Shown here in pieces: positions 11,000 through 21,040 of a DNA stretch of 64,000 nt. Position numbers and translations under genes: made by a program. The notes under the pieces were generated by a model. The model was not told the DNA's origin and did no database searches. It was given only the letters and a program-made list of their open reading frames with translations. Source of the stretch: Candidatus Oxydemutatoraceae bacterium (GTDB lineage: Bacteria; Pseudomonadota; Gammaproteobacteria; Poriferisulfidales; Oxydemutatoraceae); assembly GCA_965220085.1 (NCBI GenBank), contig CBDCOZ010000003.1:1632001-1696000 (forward strand), in the 5' to 3' direction. The stretch's first letter is position 1, and every line of letters begins with the position of its first letter.

Positions 11000-11751
11000 G
11001 ATACCCTCTCCTTTTCTTTCCAGCGCACCGCAAAGCCGTCGGCATAACGCAAATCCACACACGCGATATGTGTCGCTATGTCGCCCAGCCCGTTGGCATA
11101 AGCGCGCGCAAATCTTTTCACCCGCGCCTCGGTATCGCGGCGACCGATCACCAGTGTCATGCCCCGCTTGAGCACGGCAGTCCGCGAGCGATTCGCATCC
11201 TCAATCAAATATCCGATCTCGCTTGCGGGCATCTGTAACCAGTCAACCAAACGATGATAAAAGTCCAGCGCGATCCGATTGCGGTCGGCGGCGGTCAGAA
11301 ATACCGACAGTTCGGGGTAATCAACATGGTCGGGAAAAAACACCGCGCCGGTATCGTCTATCAGGCCCTGTTTGCCCCAGCGAGCGACCGCTTGCCTTTC
11401 CTTGATCTCAACGACTAGCGTATCCGGCCAGATTCTCCTCATGACAACCCCTTGCACCCACGGCAGTTTTGCAAACCGCGCTTCAAGCCGCGCCAAATCA
11501 ATATCAAACAAATTCTTGCCAAGATGCGGCGCCGTAACCGATTCCAACTCCAAGCGGTCGAGATGCTTATACGCTCCTTCAAAACGGATGTGTTGCAACT
11601 GTCCGAAAATAAGGTGTCCCCAATCGGGACGCATAACTATTACGGCCGTCGCGACTATGGCGACCGACACCAGGGTCAGTACGGCTTCCGCAAGCCATAC
11701 GGAACCGCGCCGGGAACCGCTCTGTGCCAAAGGCGTGTGTTGCCCGCTCAT
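10993..11751 (-). CDS. ftsQ: Cell division protein FtsQ
   Basis: Single TM, POTRA region LPWVQGVVMRRIWPDTL, C-terminal VDLRYADGFAVRW. Confidence 0.92.
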   Translation of the reverse strand: MSGQHTPLAQSGSRRGSVWLAEAVLTLVSVAIVATAVIVMRPDWGHLIFGQLQHIRFEGAYKHLDRLELESVTAPHLGKNLFDIDLARLEARFAKLPWVQGVVMRRIWPDTLVVEIKERQAVARWGKQGLIDDTGAVFFPDHVDYPELSVFLTAADRNRIALDFYHRLVDWLQMPASEIGYLIEDANRSRTAVLKRGMTLVIGRRDTEARVKRFARAYANGLGDIATHIACVDLRYADGFAVRWKEKERVSC

Positions 11752-12665
11752 CGTTTTTTCACCCCGGCGGCGGACAAAATCTCCGACACCAACTGTTCAA
11801 ACTCCATGCCATGCGCCCGCGCGGCCATCGGTATCAAACTGTGCTCTGTCATCCCCGGTATGGTATTGACTTCCAGCAAGCAAAAACAATTGTCATCGCT
11901 GCGCACAACATCGGCGCGCGCGCAACCTTCCGCGCCGAGCGCCGCGCAAGCATCCGAGCACAAGGCTTGCAGTTCCGCGAGTTCGTCATCGCCAAGGCCG
12001 CAGGGGCAGTGATAGCGCGTCGCACCGTCTTCGTATTTTGCAATGTAATCATAGAAAGGCCGTCGCGGCTCAAGGCGGATCGGCGGCAAGGGTTCCCCGT
12101 TTAAGAAACCGACCGCATATTCGCTGCCGCTTATCCACTGCTCTATCAAGACGGCTTCTCCCGATTGCGATACTTCCTGCCACGCCTGTTCCAGCAAATC
12201 GGCATCATCCGCTCGGCTCACCCCGATACTGGAGCCTCCGGAGACCGGCTTGACCGCCACCGGCATGCCCAACTCCGCTTTCACGCAGTCAAAATCCGGC
12301 AGTTCTTGCGCCACGATAAAGTCGGGGGTCGCAATGCCGCAATCGCGCCAGATGCGCTTAGCGGCGACCTTGTTCATACACAAAGCCGACGCCAACACAC
12401 CGCTGCCGGTGAACGGAATGCCCAATATCTCCAACATGCCTTGCACCGTGCCATCCTCGCCGCCGCACCCGTGCAGCGCGATAAACGCGCAATCGGCCGT
12501 GTCCCGACTCAATTCCGCAAGCGACCGTTGTTTCGTATCAAAAAGAAACGCATCGATACCGCGCTGTTTGAGAGCGCGCTCGACCGCCGCCCCGCTTTGC
12601 AGCGAGATCTCCCGCTCGGGCGACCGCCCGCCCGCCAATACCGCTACCCGGCCAAAGCCGCTCAT
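11748..12665 (-). CDS. ddl: D-alanine--D-alanine ligase
   Basis: GGRSPEREISLQSG, LHGCGGEDG, GSSIGV, YDYIAKY, LEVNTIPGMT. Confidence 0.96.
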   Translation of the reverse strand: MSGFGRVAVLAGGRSPEREISLQSGAAVERALKQRGIDAFLFDTKQRSLAELSRDTADCAFIALHGCGGEDGTVQGMLEILGIPFTGSGVLASALCMNKVAAKRIWRDCGIATPDFIVAQELPDFDCVKAELGMPVAVKPVSGGSSIGVSRADDADLLEQAWQEVSQSGEAVLIEQWISGSEYAVGFLNGEPLPPIRLEPRRPFYDYIAKYEDGATRYHCPCGLGDDELAELQALCSDACAALGAEGCARADVVRSDDNCFCLLEVNTIPGMTEHSLIPMAARAHGMEFEQLVSEILSAAGVKKR

Positions 12666-13558
12666 TGCTCTTCCCCCACGATGATGACTTCCGGCTCCAA
12701 ACACACTCCGGTCTCGCGCGCGACCGTGTCTTTGACAAGACCGATCAATGATTCAATATCGCTTGCCGATGCATGGCCGCGGTTCACGATAAAATTCGCG
12801 TGCTTTTCCGAAACGACGGCGTCGCCTATCGCATGACCGCACAGGCCGCATTGCTCGATCAGCTTTGCCGCATAGTGTTTCTCGGGGTTTTTAAATACCG
12901 AACCGCAGTTGAGTTCGCCGACCGGTTGGGTCTGTTGGCGCTTGCGCAGCTGCTCGTCAATCTGGGCGCGCGCATCTTTGTCGCTTGAAAACAACTCAAA
13001 CTCGGCCGCCGTGAACCACTGCCCCGGCGGCACTTCGACCGAGCGATAAGCGACGGCAAAATCGCTCGCCGCATACCGCCGCTGTTCGCCGCGCGAATCG
13101 ATCGTCTCTGCCGCGCGCACATATTCCCAGGCAGAACCGTCAAAGGCGCCGGCGTTCATCTTCAGCGCGCCCCCGACAGTGCCCGGTATGCAAGCCATAA
13201 ACATCAGATCGCCCAGATTGCGGTTGGCGCAATAACGCGCCAAACGGCCGCAAGACACTCCCGCTTCGGCGCGCACGACGTATTCCGACAACTGTGTGAT
13301 CTGTTTAAACCCTTTGCGCAAAGTAATGACGCAGCCGCGCACTCCGCCGTCCCGAATCAATACATTGCTGCCGAGACCGAGGCACAAAACCGGCTGCTGA
13401 TGGGCGCATTCGGCCAGAAAGAAAGCGAGGTCCTTGTCATTCTCCGGCTCAAAGAAGCAGTCCGCATTGCCGCCCACGCGCCAGGTGTTGAGACGATGCA
13501 ACGGATGATTGAACGTCAATCTGCCTTGAAGCCGGTTTGTATCGCAATTCAGCCGCAT
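12662..13558 (-). CDS. murB: UDP-N-acetylenolpyruvoylglucosamine reductase
   Basis: TWRVGG, GLGSNVL, IPGTVGGALKMNAGA, GSVFKNP, SEKHANFIVN, LEPEV. Confidence 0.96.
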   Translation of the reverse strand: MRLNCDTNRLQGRLTFNHPLHRLNTWRVGGNADCFFEPENDKDLAFFLAECAHQQPVLCLGLGSNVLIRDGGVRGCVITLRKGFKQITQLSEYVVRAEAGVSCGRLARYCANRNLGDLMFMACIPGTVGGALKMNAGAFDGSAWEYVRAAETIDSRGEQRRYAASDFAVAYRSVEVPPGQWFTAAEFELFSSDKDARAQIDEQLRKRQQTQPVGELNCGSVFKNPEKHYAAKLIEQCGLCGHAIGDAVVSEKHANFIVNRGHASASDIESLIGLVKDTVARETGVCLEPEVIIVGEEQ

Positions 13559-13560
13559 CG

Positions 13561-14994
13561 CTAGACAACCCTCACCGGTCTTTTGCTTGCGCGAAAATGA
13601 CCGCTCAACTCGGGCGCCAACTTGCTGATGGAACCGGCCCCCATCGTAATCAACAAATCGCCGTCCTGCAGTATGTGTCGCAGAATGTCCGCCACCTCCG
13701 TCATCCGCTTCGCATAGAGGACGGTATTGGAACCGCGCTTTCTGATCGCGCGACACAAAGCCGCGCTGTCTATCCCCGGAATCGCTTCCTCGCTGGCGGC
13801 ATAAACATCCAACAGAATCAGCTCGCTCGCTTCGCTCAAGACCTCGCAAAACTCGTCAAACAGATCCTGCGTGCGGCTAAAACGATGCGGCTGAAAAACC
13901 AGCACCTGTCGCCGGCCCGGCCACGCGTCTCGGGCCGCTTCCAATACGGCGCGAATCTCTTGCGGGTGATGGCCGTAGTCGTCTATCAATGTCACCTTCC
14001 CCGACGGCGCTAACAAATCCCCGCAATGTTGAAAACGGCGACCGATGCCTTCAAATTCTCTCAGGGCTTCGCCGACTGTCTCGCGCGAAATACCCAGAGC
14101 AAAGGCGATACCGCACGCCGCCAGCGCATTGAGAATATTGTGTCGCCCCGGCAAGTTGAGCGTCGCTTCAAAAGCGCCGGCCGCCCCCGGCAACGTCACC
14201 TTGAAGCGGCTCTGCATCGCATCAAAACGAATATCGGAAGCCGTGATCGCGCTGTCTTCGCGAAACCCGTACGTGATCAGCCGCCTCGCTATTTGCGGAT
14301 ACAAAGAGCGCACCGCCGGGTCTTCGTTACAAACAACCGCAGCGCCGTAAAACGGAAGGTTATGAATAAAATCGACGACGCTTTGTTTCAGATCGTCAAA
14401 AGAGTCGTTATACGCGCTGAGGTGGTCCCTGCCAATGTTCGTCACCGCCGACAGCATGGGTTGCAAATGCAGAAAAGAAGAATCGCTTTCGTCGGCCTCC
14501 GCCACCAGATAAGGCGTTTCTCCCAAGCGCGCGTTCGCGCCCCAACTGTTCACTTTGCCGCCGATAATGCAAGTCGGATCCAACCCGGCTTTTGACAATA
14601 TCGCCGCTGCCAAACTCGTCGTTGTCGTCTTGCCGTGTGTGCCGGCAACCGCGATACCGTAACGAAAGCGCATCAATTCGGCCAGCATTTCGGCGCGTTT
14701 TATCACCGGAATCTGCAAGGCTTTGGCGCGCCGTACCTCCGGGTTTTCCGGCGCGATTACCGACGACACCACGACGACATCGCACGACTCCACATGCTCC
14801 GCGCGGTGACCGACAAAAATCCGCGCGCCGAAGGAACGCAAACGCTCCGTAGCGCTGTTGTTGCGAATATCCGAACCCTGCACGCTGCAACCGAGACTGA
14901 TCAACACCTCGGCGATGCCGCTCATGCCGACTCCGCCGATGCCGATGAAATGGACGACGCCGATATTTTCCTGTTCTAACCCGTAGTCTTTCAC
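13561..14994 (-). CDS. murC: UDP-N-acetylmuramate--L-alanine ligase
   Basis: HFIGIGGVGMSGIA, AGTHGKTTTT, EADESD, DDYGHHP, FQPHRFSRT. Confidence 0.97.
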   Translation of the reverse strand: MKDYGLEQENIGVVHFIGIGGVGMSGIAEVLISLGCSVQGSDIRNNSATERLRSFGARIFVGHRAEHVESCDVVVVSSVIAPENPEVRRAKALQIPVIKRAEMLAELMRFRYGIAVAGTHGKTTTTSLAAAILSKAGLDPTCIIGGKVNSWGANARLGETPYLVAEADESDSSFLHLQPMLSAVTNIGRDHLSAYNDSFDDLKQSVVDFIHNLPFYGAAVVCNEDPAVRSLYPQIARRLITYGFREDSAITASDIRFDAMQSRFKVTLPGAAGAFEATLNLPGRHNILNALAACGIAFALGISRETVGEALREFEGIGRRFQHCGDLLAPSGKVTLIDDYGHHPQEIRAVLEAARDAWPGRRQVLVFQPHRFSRTQDLFDEFCEVLSEASELILLDVYAASEEAIPGIDSAALCRAIRKRGSNTVLYAKRMTEVADILRHILQDGDLLITMGAGSISKLAPELSGHFRASKRPVRVV

Positions 14995-16079
14995 AAGCCC
15001 GCCTCCTCGCGACATATTTGCGCAATCCGCTCATCGCTGCCATGCGACGCGCGGGCAAACGCGTGTCGGGCAATCTGTTGTAACTTCGGGCGATCGTGCG
15101 CGCACTGCGTCAGAGTCTCGGCAAGCGACGCGGCGCTGAATTGCGCTTCGGGCAACAATATCGCGGCGCCGGAATCGCTCAGAAACTTGGCATTCGCGGT
15201 TTGATGGTCATCCGTCGCATACGGGAAGGGCACCATGATTGCCGCCACACCCGCCGCCGCCACCTCGGCAACGGTCATCGCTCCCGCGCGACACAAAACG
15301 ATGTCGGCCCAGCGATACAATTCGTCCATCCGTTCCTCAAACTCAAAATATTCCGCCTCGATGCCGGCCGTTGCGATGCGATCGCGCATCTCATCCGCCC
15401 GGCCGCGACCGCACTGCTGTTTGACGCGGGGACGGGAGCGCGCATCCATCCGCGCCAAAGCGCGAGGCACTACGCGATTAAAAACAGCGGCCCCCCGACT
15501 GCCGCCGACTACCAGCAGACGCAACCGCCCGCCGTCGTCGGGATAGGTATGCGGCGACATCGAAGCAAAGTCATGGCGCACGGGGTTGCCGACATACGAT
15601 GTGCGCTGTGACACCAGCACATTCGGGAAGCCGGTCAGCACCCGTTTGCTCAACGGCTTTAGCAGGCGGTTGGTCAGCCCCGGAATCGCATTTTGTTCGT
15701 GAATCAGAAGCGGGATATTGGCGACAAAAGCGGCGACTCCGCCGGCGCCGGATACAAAGCCGCCCATGCCGAGCACCGCGAGCGGTCGTTGCTTCAAAAA
15801 GATTCGCAACGCGCGCCAAAACGAAAGACTCAGCCATAGCGGCGCCGACAACCACGCCTTAAGACCCTTGCCGCGCAGGCCCTGCGCATGGACCAACTCA
15901 AACACAAACCCTTGCGCCGGCGCCAATTCGTATTCCAATCCGTCGCGTGATCCCAGCCACAAAATCTCAATATTGCGCTTGCGCAGGCATCTGGCAACCG
16001 CAATACCGGGCAGCACATGACCGCCGGTACCTCCGGCCATCACCGCGATCAACGGTTTCCTTTTATCGGCCACTGACAC
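14991..16079 (-). CDS. murG: Lipid II GlcNAc transferase MurG
   Basis: GGTGGHVLP, HEQNAIPG, GNPVR, GGSRGA, RAGAMTVAE, DHQTANA. Confidence 0.97.
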   Translation of the reverse strand: MSVADKRKPLIAVMAGGTGGHVLPGIAVARCLRKRNIEILWLGSRDGLEYELAPAQGFVFELVHAQGLRGKGLKAWLSAPLWLSLSFWRALRIFLKQRPLAVLGMGGFVSGAGGVAAFVANIPLLIHEQNAIPGLTNRLLKPLSKRVLTGFPNVLVSQRTSYVGNPVRHDFASMSPHTYPDDGGRLRLLVVGGSRGAAVFNRVVPRALARMDARSRPRVKQQCGRGRADEMRDRIATAGIEAEYFEFEERMDELYRWADIVLCRAGAMTVAEVAAAGVAAIMVPFPYATDDHQTANAKFLSDSGAAILLPEAQFSAASLAETLTQCAHDRPKLQQIARHAFARASHGSDERIAQICREEAGL

Positions 16080-17250
16080 TGACTCCTTGCCAATCGGGCG
16101 CTGCCCGGTCTTGCGTATTCTGGGTTTCGTGATGAATCCGCATCACCAATCCGATGGCAAGCAACGATACGATCAAACTGCTGCCGCCATAACTGACCAG
16201 CGGCAGCGTAATCCCTTTTGTCGGCACCAGACCTATGGCGACGGCCATGTTGGTCAGGGCTTGCGCGCCAAACCAAACCCCGATACCGTAGGCAAAGTGC
16301 GCTTCGGCGATCATGCCCTTCCTGTCGGCGCAGCGCCCTATCGCAAAGCACCTTTGTATCAGCAACCAGAACAAAACGACTATCACGAAAACCCCGGCGA
16401 ATCCCGACTCTTCGGCAATGATTGAAAAGATGAAATCGGTGTGCGCTTCCGGCAGATAAAACAGCTTTTGAATACTGTCGCCAAGACCCAAGCCAAACCA
16501 TCCGCCGCTGCCGACGGCAATCAGCGACTGTGTCAGTTGATAGCCATGCCCGAACGGGTCTTGCCAAGGGTCCGAAAATGCGATCAGCCGCGCCCAACGA
16601 TACGGCGACGCCACCAGCGCCAATACCATCAAGCCGCCCATCATCGATGAGAACAAAAAGAAATAACGGAACTTGATCCGCACCAGAAACAGCATGGCGA
16701 GAATCACCATCATGATGACGAATGCGGCCCCGTAATCGGGTTCCAGTAACAACAGCGAGATCAGCACTACGGCGACCAGCAACGGCATCAAAAACTCTTT
16801 GACACTGCGGACGATGGTGTTGCGGCGGCGGGCGATGTAATCGGCCAAATAGATGACAACGAAGAGTTTGACCAATTCCGATACTTGCAAGGTAAATATC
16901 CCGAAATCTATCCAGCGCCGGCTGCCGTTGACCGTCTTGCCTATCTGCGGCAGCAACACGACCAACAGCAATGCGATCGCCAGCGCCATCAGCCACCCGG
17001 CATGGGCTTGTATCCGTTGCGGCGGAATCAGGCAAGCGGATGCCGCCGCTATCAAACCGATCGCAATATGTGCAAAGTGGCGCTTGAGAAAATACATCGC
17101 ATCGCCCAATTCTTTTTCCGCAAAAGCCAACGAAGCGGAACTGACGACGACCGCGCCTATGCACAGCAGCAACAAACTGACCGCAAACAGCTTTTGGTCA
17201 AACCACATGTTCATGTATGCCGGCTTTTCAAAAAACATCTTTGCGCTCAT
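16063..17250 (-). CDS. ftsW: SEDS peptidoglycan polymerase FtsW
   Basis: Multi-TM; NGSRRWI, QVSELVK, EPDYG, YLPEAHTDFI, TKGITLPLVSYGGSS. Confidence 0.97.
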   Translation of the reverse strand: MSAKMFFEKPAYMNMWFDQKLFAVSLLLLCIGAVVVSSASLAFAEKELGDAMYFLKRHFAHIAIGLIAAASACLIPPQRIQAHAGWLMALAIALLLVVLLPQIGKTVNGSRRWIDFGIFTLQVSELVKLFVVIYLADYIARRRNTIVRSVKEFLMPLLVAVVLISLLLLEPDYGAAFVIMMVILAMLFLVRIKFRYFFLFSSMMGGLMVLALVASPYRWARLIAFSDPWQDPFGHGYQLTQSLIAVGSGGWFGLGLGDSIQKLFYLPEAHTDFIFSIIAEESGFAGVFVIVVLFWLLIQRCFAIGRCADRKGMIAEAHFAYGIGVWFGAQALTNMAVAIGLVPTKGITLPLVSYGGSSLIVSLLAIGLVMRIHHETQNTQDRAAPDWQGVSVSGR

Positions 17251-18599
17251 CGGCACAGCTCCCAAAACAGGCGGGCGAAGTCATCCCCCCGCTCCGCGTA
17301 GTCGCGATACATATCAAAACTGGCGCAGGCCGGCGACAGCAGGACACAATCGCCGCGGTCGGCTATGCGATGCGCCGTAGCGACCGCCTCGCGCATGCCG
17401 CCGACGCGATGAATCGGCGCGATGCCGTCTGCCGCCGCGGCGATACGCTCGGCATCGCGACCGAGCACGACAAATGCCTTCGCATAAGGCGAAGCCGCTG
17501 CGGCCAAGCGTGTGAAATCCGCGCCCTTGCCGAGGCCGCCGCAGATCAAAATCACTTTTTTATCCAGCGATTGCAATGCGCATATCACCGCGCCGACATT
17601 GGTCGCTTTTGAATCATTGATCCACTCGACTCCGGCCAACACACCGACCTTCTGCAAGCGGTGCGGCAAGCCTTCAAACTCGCGCGCCGCGGCACACATC
17701 GCGCTTTGCTCCAAGCCAATTTGATAGCCCAGAGCAAAGGCCGCCTGCGTATTCAGGATGCCGCCCCGGCCTTGTAATGCGAGGTCGCGACAATCGACCA
17801 GCGCCTCATCGCCGCGAGCAATAGCAGGACCTCTGTCGGAATCGACAACGCCGATGTTGTCCGCCGACGGCGCGTCCAAACCGAAGCTGACGGTCTTCGT
17901 ATGCGCCGCCTGCTCCGCCCCGATAGGCTCTTCGCGGTTGATCACCGCGCATGTGCTGTTGCGATGAATCCGCAACTTGGCTTTGCGATAGTCGTCCATA
18001 GACGGATAGCGGTCCAAGTGGTCTTCGCTGAGATTGAGAATCACCGATGCCGTCGGGCGCATAGAATAGACAGTCTCCAGTTGAAAACTGGACAGTTCCA
18101 GCACATATACATCGGCCGCTTCATCCAGCAAATCCAACGCCGGTCTGCCCAGGTTGCCGCCGGCCGCCGTCGCCGCGCCCGATCGGCGCGCCATCTCTGC
18201 CAGCAGACTCGCGACCGTACTCTTGCCGTTAGTACCCGTGATGGCGACGATTTTGCTCTGCGCGCCCGCATGCCGCGCGAACAATTCAATATCGCCGATG
18301 ATAGATTTCTTTTTCTCCGCCGCTCTGCGCAGGGCGGGCAATTCCAGAGACACCCCCGGACTCACGACGATGTCATTCGCTTCGTCAAAATAATCTTCAT
18401 TGGACAGCCCGACATACAGATCCGCCGACGGTATCTCCGCGACCAACTGCGCATAGCCGGGCGGGTCTTCGCGATCATCGACCACCATGAAATCACGGTT
18501 GCGACGGCGCAGAAACCGCGCCACCGACAAACCCGTCGCGCCGAGGCCGACAATGATCGCCTTTTGAGTTTGCGCATGTGGTTTTGATACCGCAGCCAT
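17247..18599 (-). CDS. murD: UDP-MurNAc-L-Ala--D-Glu ligase
   Basis: ITGTNGKSTV, ELSSFQL, EDHLDRY, NDSKATN, LSPACASFD. Confidence 0.97.
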   Translation of the reverse strand: MAAVSKPHAQTQKAIIVGLGATGLSVARFLRRRNRDFMVVDDREDPPGYAQLVAEIPSADLYVGLSNEDYFDEANDIVVSPGVSLELPALRRAAEKKKSIIGDIELFARHAGAQSKIVAITGTNGKSTVASLLAEMARRSGAATAAGGNLGRPALDLLDEAADVYVLELSSFQLETVYSMRPTASVILNLSEDHLDRYPSMDDYRKAKLRIHRNSTCAVINREEPIGAEQAAHTKTVSFGLDAPSADNIGVVDSDRGPAIARGDEALVDCRDLALQGRGGILNTQAAFALGYQIGLEQSAMCAAAREFEGLPHRLQKVGVLAGVEWINDSKATNVGAVICALQSLDKKVILICGGLGKGADFTRLAAAASPYAKAFVVLGRDAERIAAAADGIAPIHRVGGMREAVATAHRIADRGDCVLLSPACASFDMYRDYAERGDDFARLFWELCR

Positions 18600-18602
18600 G
18601 AC

Positions 18603-19685
18603 CTACCTGATTTTCAACGATGCCAGTCCGACCAACACCAGCAACAAAGTAATGATCCAAAAACGAACGATGACGTGCGGTTCCGGCCAGCCGCGCAACT
18701 CAAAGTGATGGTGCAACGGCGCCATTCTGAATATGCGCTTGCCGGTCGACTTAAACGACGTCACCTGTAACATGACCGACACCGCTTCGGCGACAAAGAT
18801 GCCGCCCATGATGACCAGAACCAATTCCTGACGCACCAAGACCGCTATCACGCCGAGCGCCGCGCCGAGCGACAAAGAACCGATATCGCCCATGAAAATT
18901 TGCGCCGGGTATGCGTTAAACCACAGAAACCCGAGCGCCGCGCCGGCGAGCGCGCCGCAAAATACCGTCAGTTCTCCCGCCGACGGCAGATACGGCAGCG
19001 CCAGATAGCCGGAAAAATTGGCATGACCGCTGACATAGGTAAAGATTCCGAGCGCCGCCGCAATCAACGCCACCTGCATGATGACCAAGCCGTCAAGACC
19101 GTCGGTTAAATTGACCCCGTTGCTCGAACCGACAATCGTCAACCACGCGACCACGATAAAACCCGGGCCGATGTCGATGAGCGCTTGCTTGACAAACGGA
19201 ACGATAAAGACGGACTCCATCGGATTCTGCGCCGTGTAATAAATACTCGCGCCGATAAAAAATCCCGCCGCCGATTGCCAAAAGAATTTGCCGCGCTTGC
19301 TGAGTCCTTGGCTGTTTTGTCGCTTCAACTTCAGGTAATCATCCGCCCCGCCTATCAATGCGAACAAAAGAGTCGTCGCCAGCGCGATGATGATATAGCG
19401 ATTGTATATGTCCGACCACAGCGCCGTAGCAATCACAACGACGGGAATAATCAAAAGCCCTCCCATCGTCGGCGTGCCGTGTTTGGAGTAATGCGACGAC
19501 GGCCCGACTTCGCGCACCGGCTGACCGATGTTCATCCGCGACAGGAAAGCGATCACTTTGGAGCCGACCGCCACGCTGATGACCAGCGCCGTAATGGCCG
19601 CCGCCACACTGCGGAAAGTAATATATTGGAAGAGGTTAAATCCGCTGTGGAAACCGCTCAAAATATCGGCGAGATAGACTAGCAT
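18603..19685 (-). CDS. mraY: Phospho-MurNAc-pentapeptide transferase
   Basis: GTPTMGG, DDYLK, NLTDGLDG, FMGDIGS, MAPLHHHFEL. Confidence 0.98.
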   Translation of the reverse strand: MLVYLADILSGFHSGFNLFQYITFRSVAAAITALVISVAVGSKVIAFLSRMNIGQPVREVGPSSHYSKHGTPTMGGLLIIPVVVIATALWSDIYNRYIIIALATTLLFALIGGADDYLKLKRQNSQGLSKRGKFFWQSAAGFFIGASIYYTAQNPMESVFIVPFVKQALIDIGPGFIVVAWLTIVGSSNGVNLTDGLDGLVIMQVALIAAALGIFTYVSGHANFSGYLALPYLPSAGELTVFCGALAGAALGFLWFNAYPAQIFMGDIGSLSLGAALGVIAVLVRQELVLVIMGGIFVAEAVSVMLQVTSFKSTGKRIFRMAPLHHHFELRGWPEPHVIVRFWIITLLLVLVGLASLKIR

Positions 19686-21040
19686 GCGACCTCCTCCGCG
19701 GCTCGGTCGCCGCTTGCTTCCAGCGCGCGCACCAGCTTGTCCATACCGGCGGCGCGCGAGCCTTTGACCAACAGGCAAATATCGGGAGAGGCTTCGGATT
19801 GAACATATTGAATCATCGCATCGAGCGACTCAAAATGGATGGCCCCGCTGCCAAACGCATCGGCGCTCGCCCGCGTCTCGCGACCGACAGTCAACAAACA
19901 TTCGACCGCGGCGGACTTCGCATCCGCAGCCGCGCCGATGTGCGACGCTTCCGATTCGGCGCCGAGCTCCGCCATGTCCCCCAGCGCCAGCCACCGGCGC
20001 TTGGGCGATTGGCTCAAGACGTCAAGCGCTGCGCGCAGAGAAGACGGGTTTGCATTGTAACTGTCATCGATCAACGACAAGCCGCCCATTCCGCGCACAA
20101 AGTTCAGTCTGCCCGGCAACGGCGCGACCGCTTCAAGCCCGGCAATAATCGTATCCATATCCGCCCCCGCAGCGTGCGCCGCACAAGCCGCCGCCAGCGC
20201 ATTTTTGATGTTGTGTTCCCCGGCAAGCCGCAGTCCGCACGGCTTCTCATCTCCGGCGATCCGTAACATAATCCGCGCATCGTCAAGCGGGCGGGCGGTC
20301 ACATCCGCCGCCGCGGAAAAACCGAATTGCAAAATGCGCTCGCATCTGCAACGCTTCTTCCAGTATTCGCAATACGGGTCGTCACAATTCACTATGCCGA
20401 TGCCGTCATCCGGCAACGCTTCGTACATCTCGCCTTTGGCCGCCGCCACACCGTCCAAATTGCCGAAGCCTTCTATGTGCGCGGCGGATGCATTCAGAAC
20501 CATGCCGATATCGGGTTTGGCGATCTCACACAAGGCGCGAATCTCGCCGCCGTGATTGGCCCCCATCTCAACCACCGCGCACCGATGCGCGTCTCTAAAT
20601 CGCAGCACCGTCAACGGCACCCCGATATGGTTGTTGAGATTGCCCTCGGTGGCTGCCGTTTTGCGGCAGCGCCGCATGATTGAGAACAACATATTCTTGG
20701 TCGTCGTTTTGCCGTTGCTGCCGGTCAGCGCGATCACCGATAGTTGCAATCGCCGCCGCCACTGACGCGCTAACTGCGCGAGCGCCGACAACGTATCCGC
20801 AACTTCTATCCGCGGCAGCCCAACCGCCGATTGCCGACAACTCATCACCGCCACAGCGCCGGCGCCATGCGCCTGTTCAACGTAGTCATGTCCGTCATAG
20901 CGCTCGCCTTGCAAGGCGACGAACAACGCGCCGCGCTCGATTGCGCGGCTGTCTGTGCCAATCGACTCAATCGCCACATTGTCCCCGTATATCTTGCCGC
21001 CCGCCATAGCGGCGATAGTTTGCAAATCCAGCCAACTCAC
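19679..21040 (-). CDS. murF: UDP-MurNAc-tripeptide--D-Ala-D-Ala ligase
   Basis: TGSNGKTTTK, NNHIGVP, EMGANHGGEI, DDSYNANP, KGSR. Confidence 0.97.
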   Translation of the reverse strand: MSWLDLQTIAAMAGGKIYGDNVAIESIGTDSRAIERGALFVALQGERYDGHDYVEQAHGAGAVAVMSCRQSAVGLPRIEVADTLSALAQLARQWRRRLQLSVIALTGSNGKTTTKNMLFSIMRRCRKTAATEGNLNNHIGVPLTVLRFRDAHRCAVVEMGANHGGEIRALCEIAKPDIGMVLNASAAHIEGFGNLDGVAAAKGEMYEALPDDGIGIVNCDDPYCEYWKKRCRCERILQFGFSAAADVTARPLDDARIMLRIAGDEKPCGLRLAGEHNIKNALAAACAAHAAGADMDTIIAGLEAVAPLPGRLNFVRGMGGLSLIDDSYNANPSSLRAALDVLSQSPKRRWLALGDMAELGAESEASHIGAAADAKSAAVECLLTVGRETRASADAFGSGAIHFESLDAMIQYVQSEASPDICLLVKGSRAAGMDKLVRALEASGDRAAEEVAC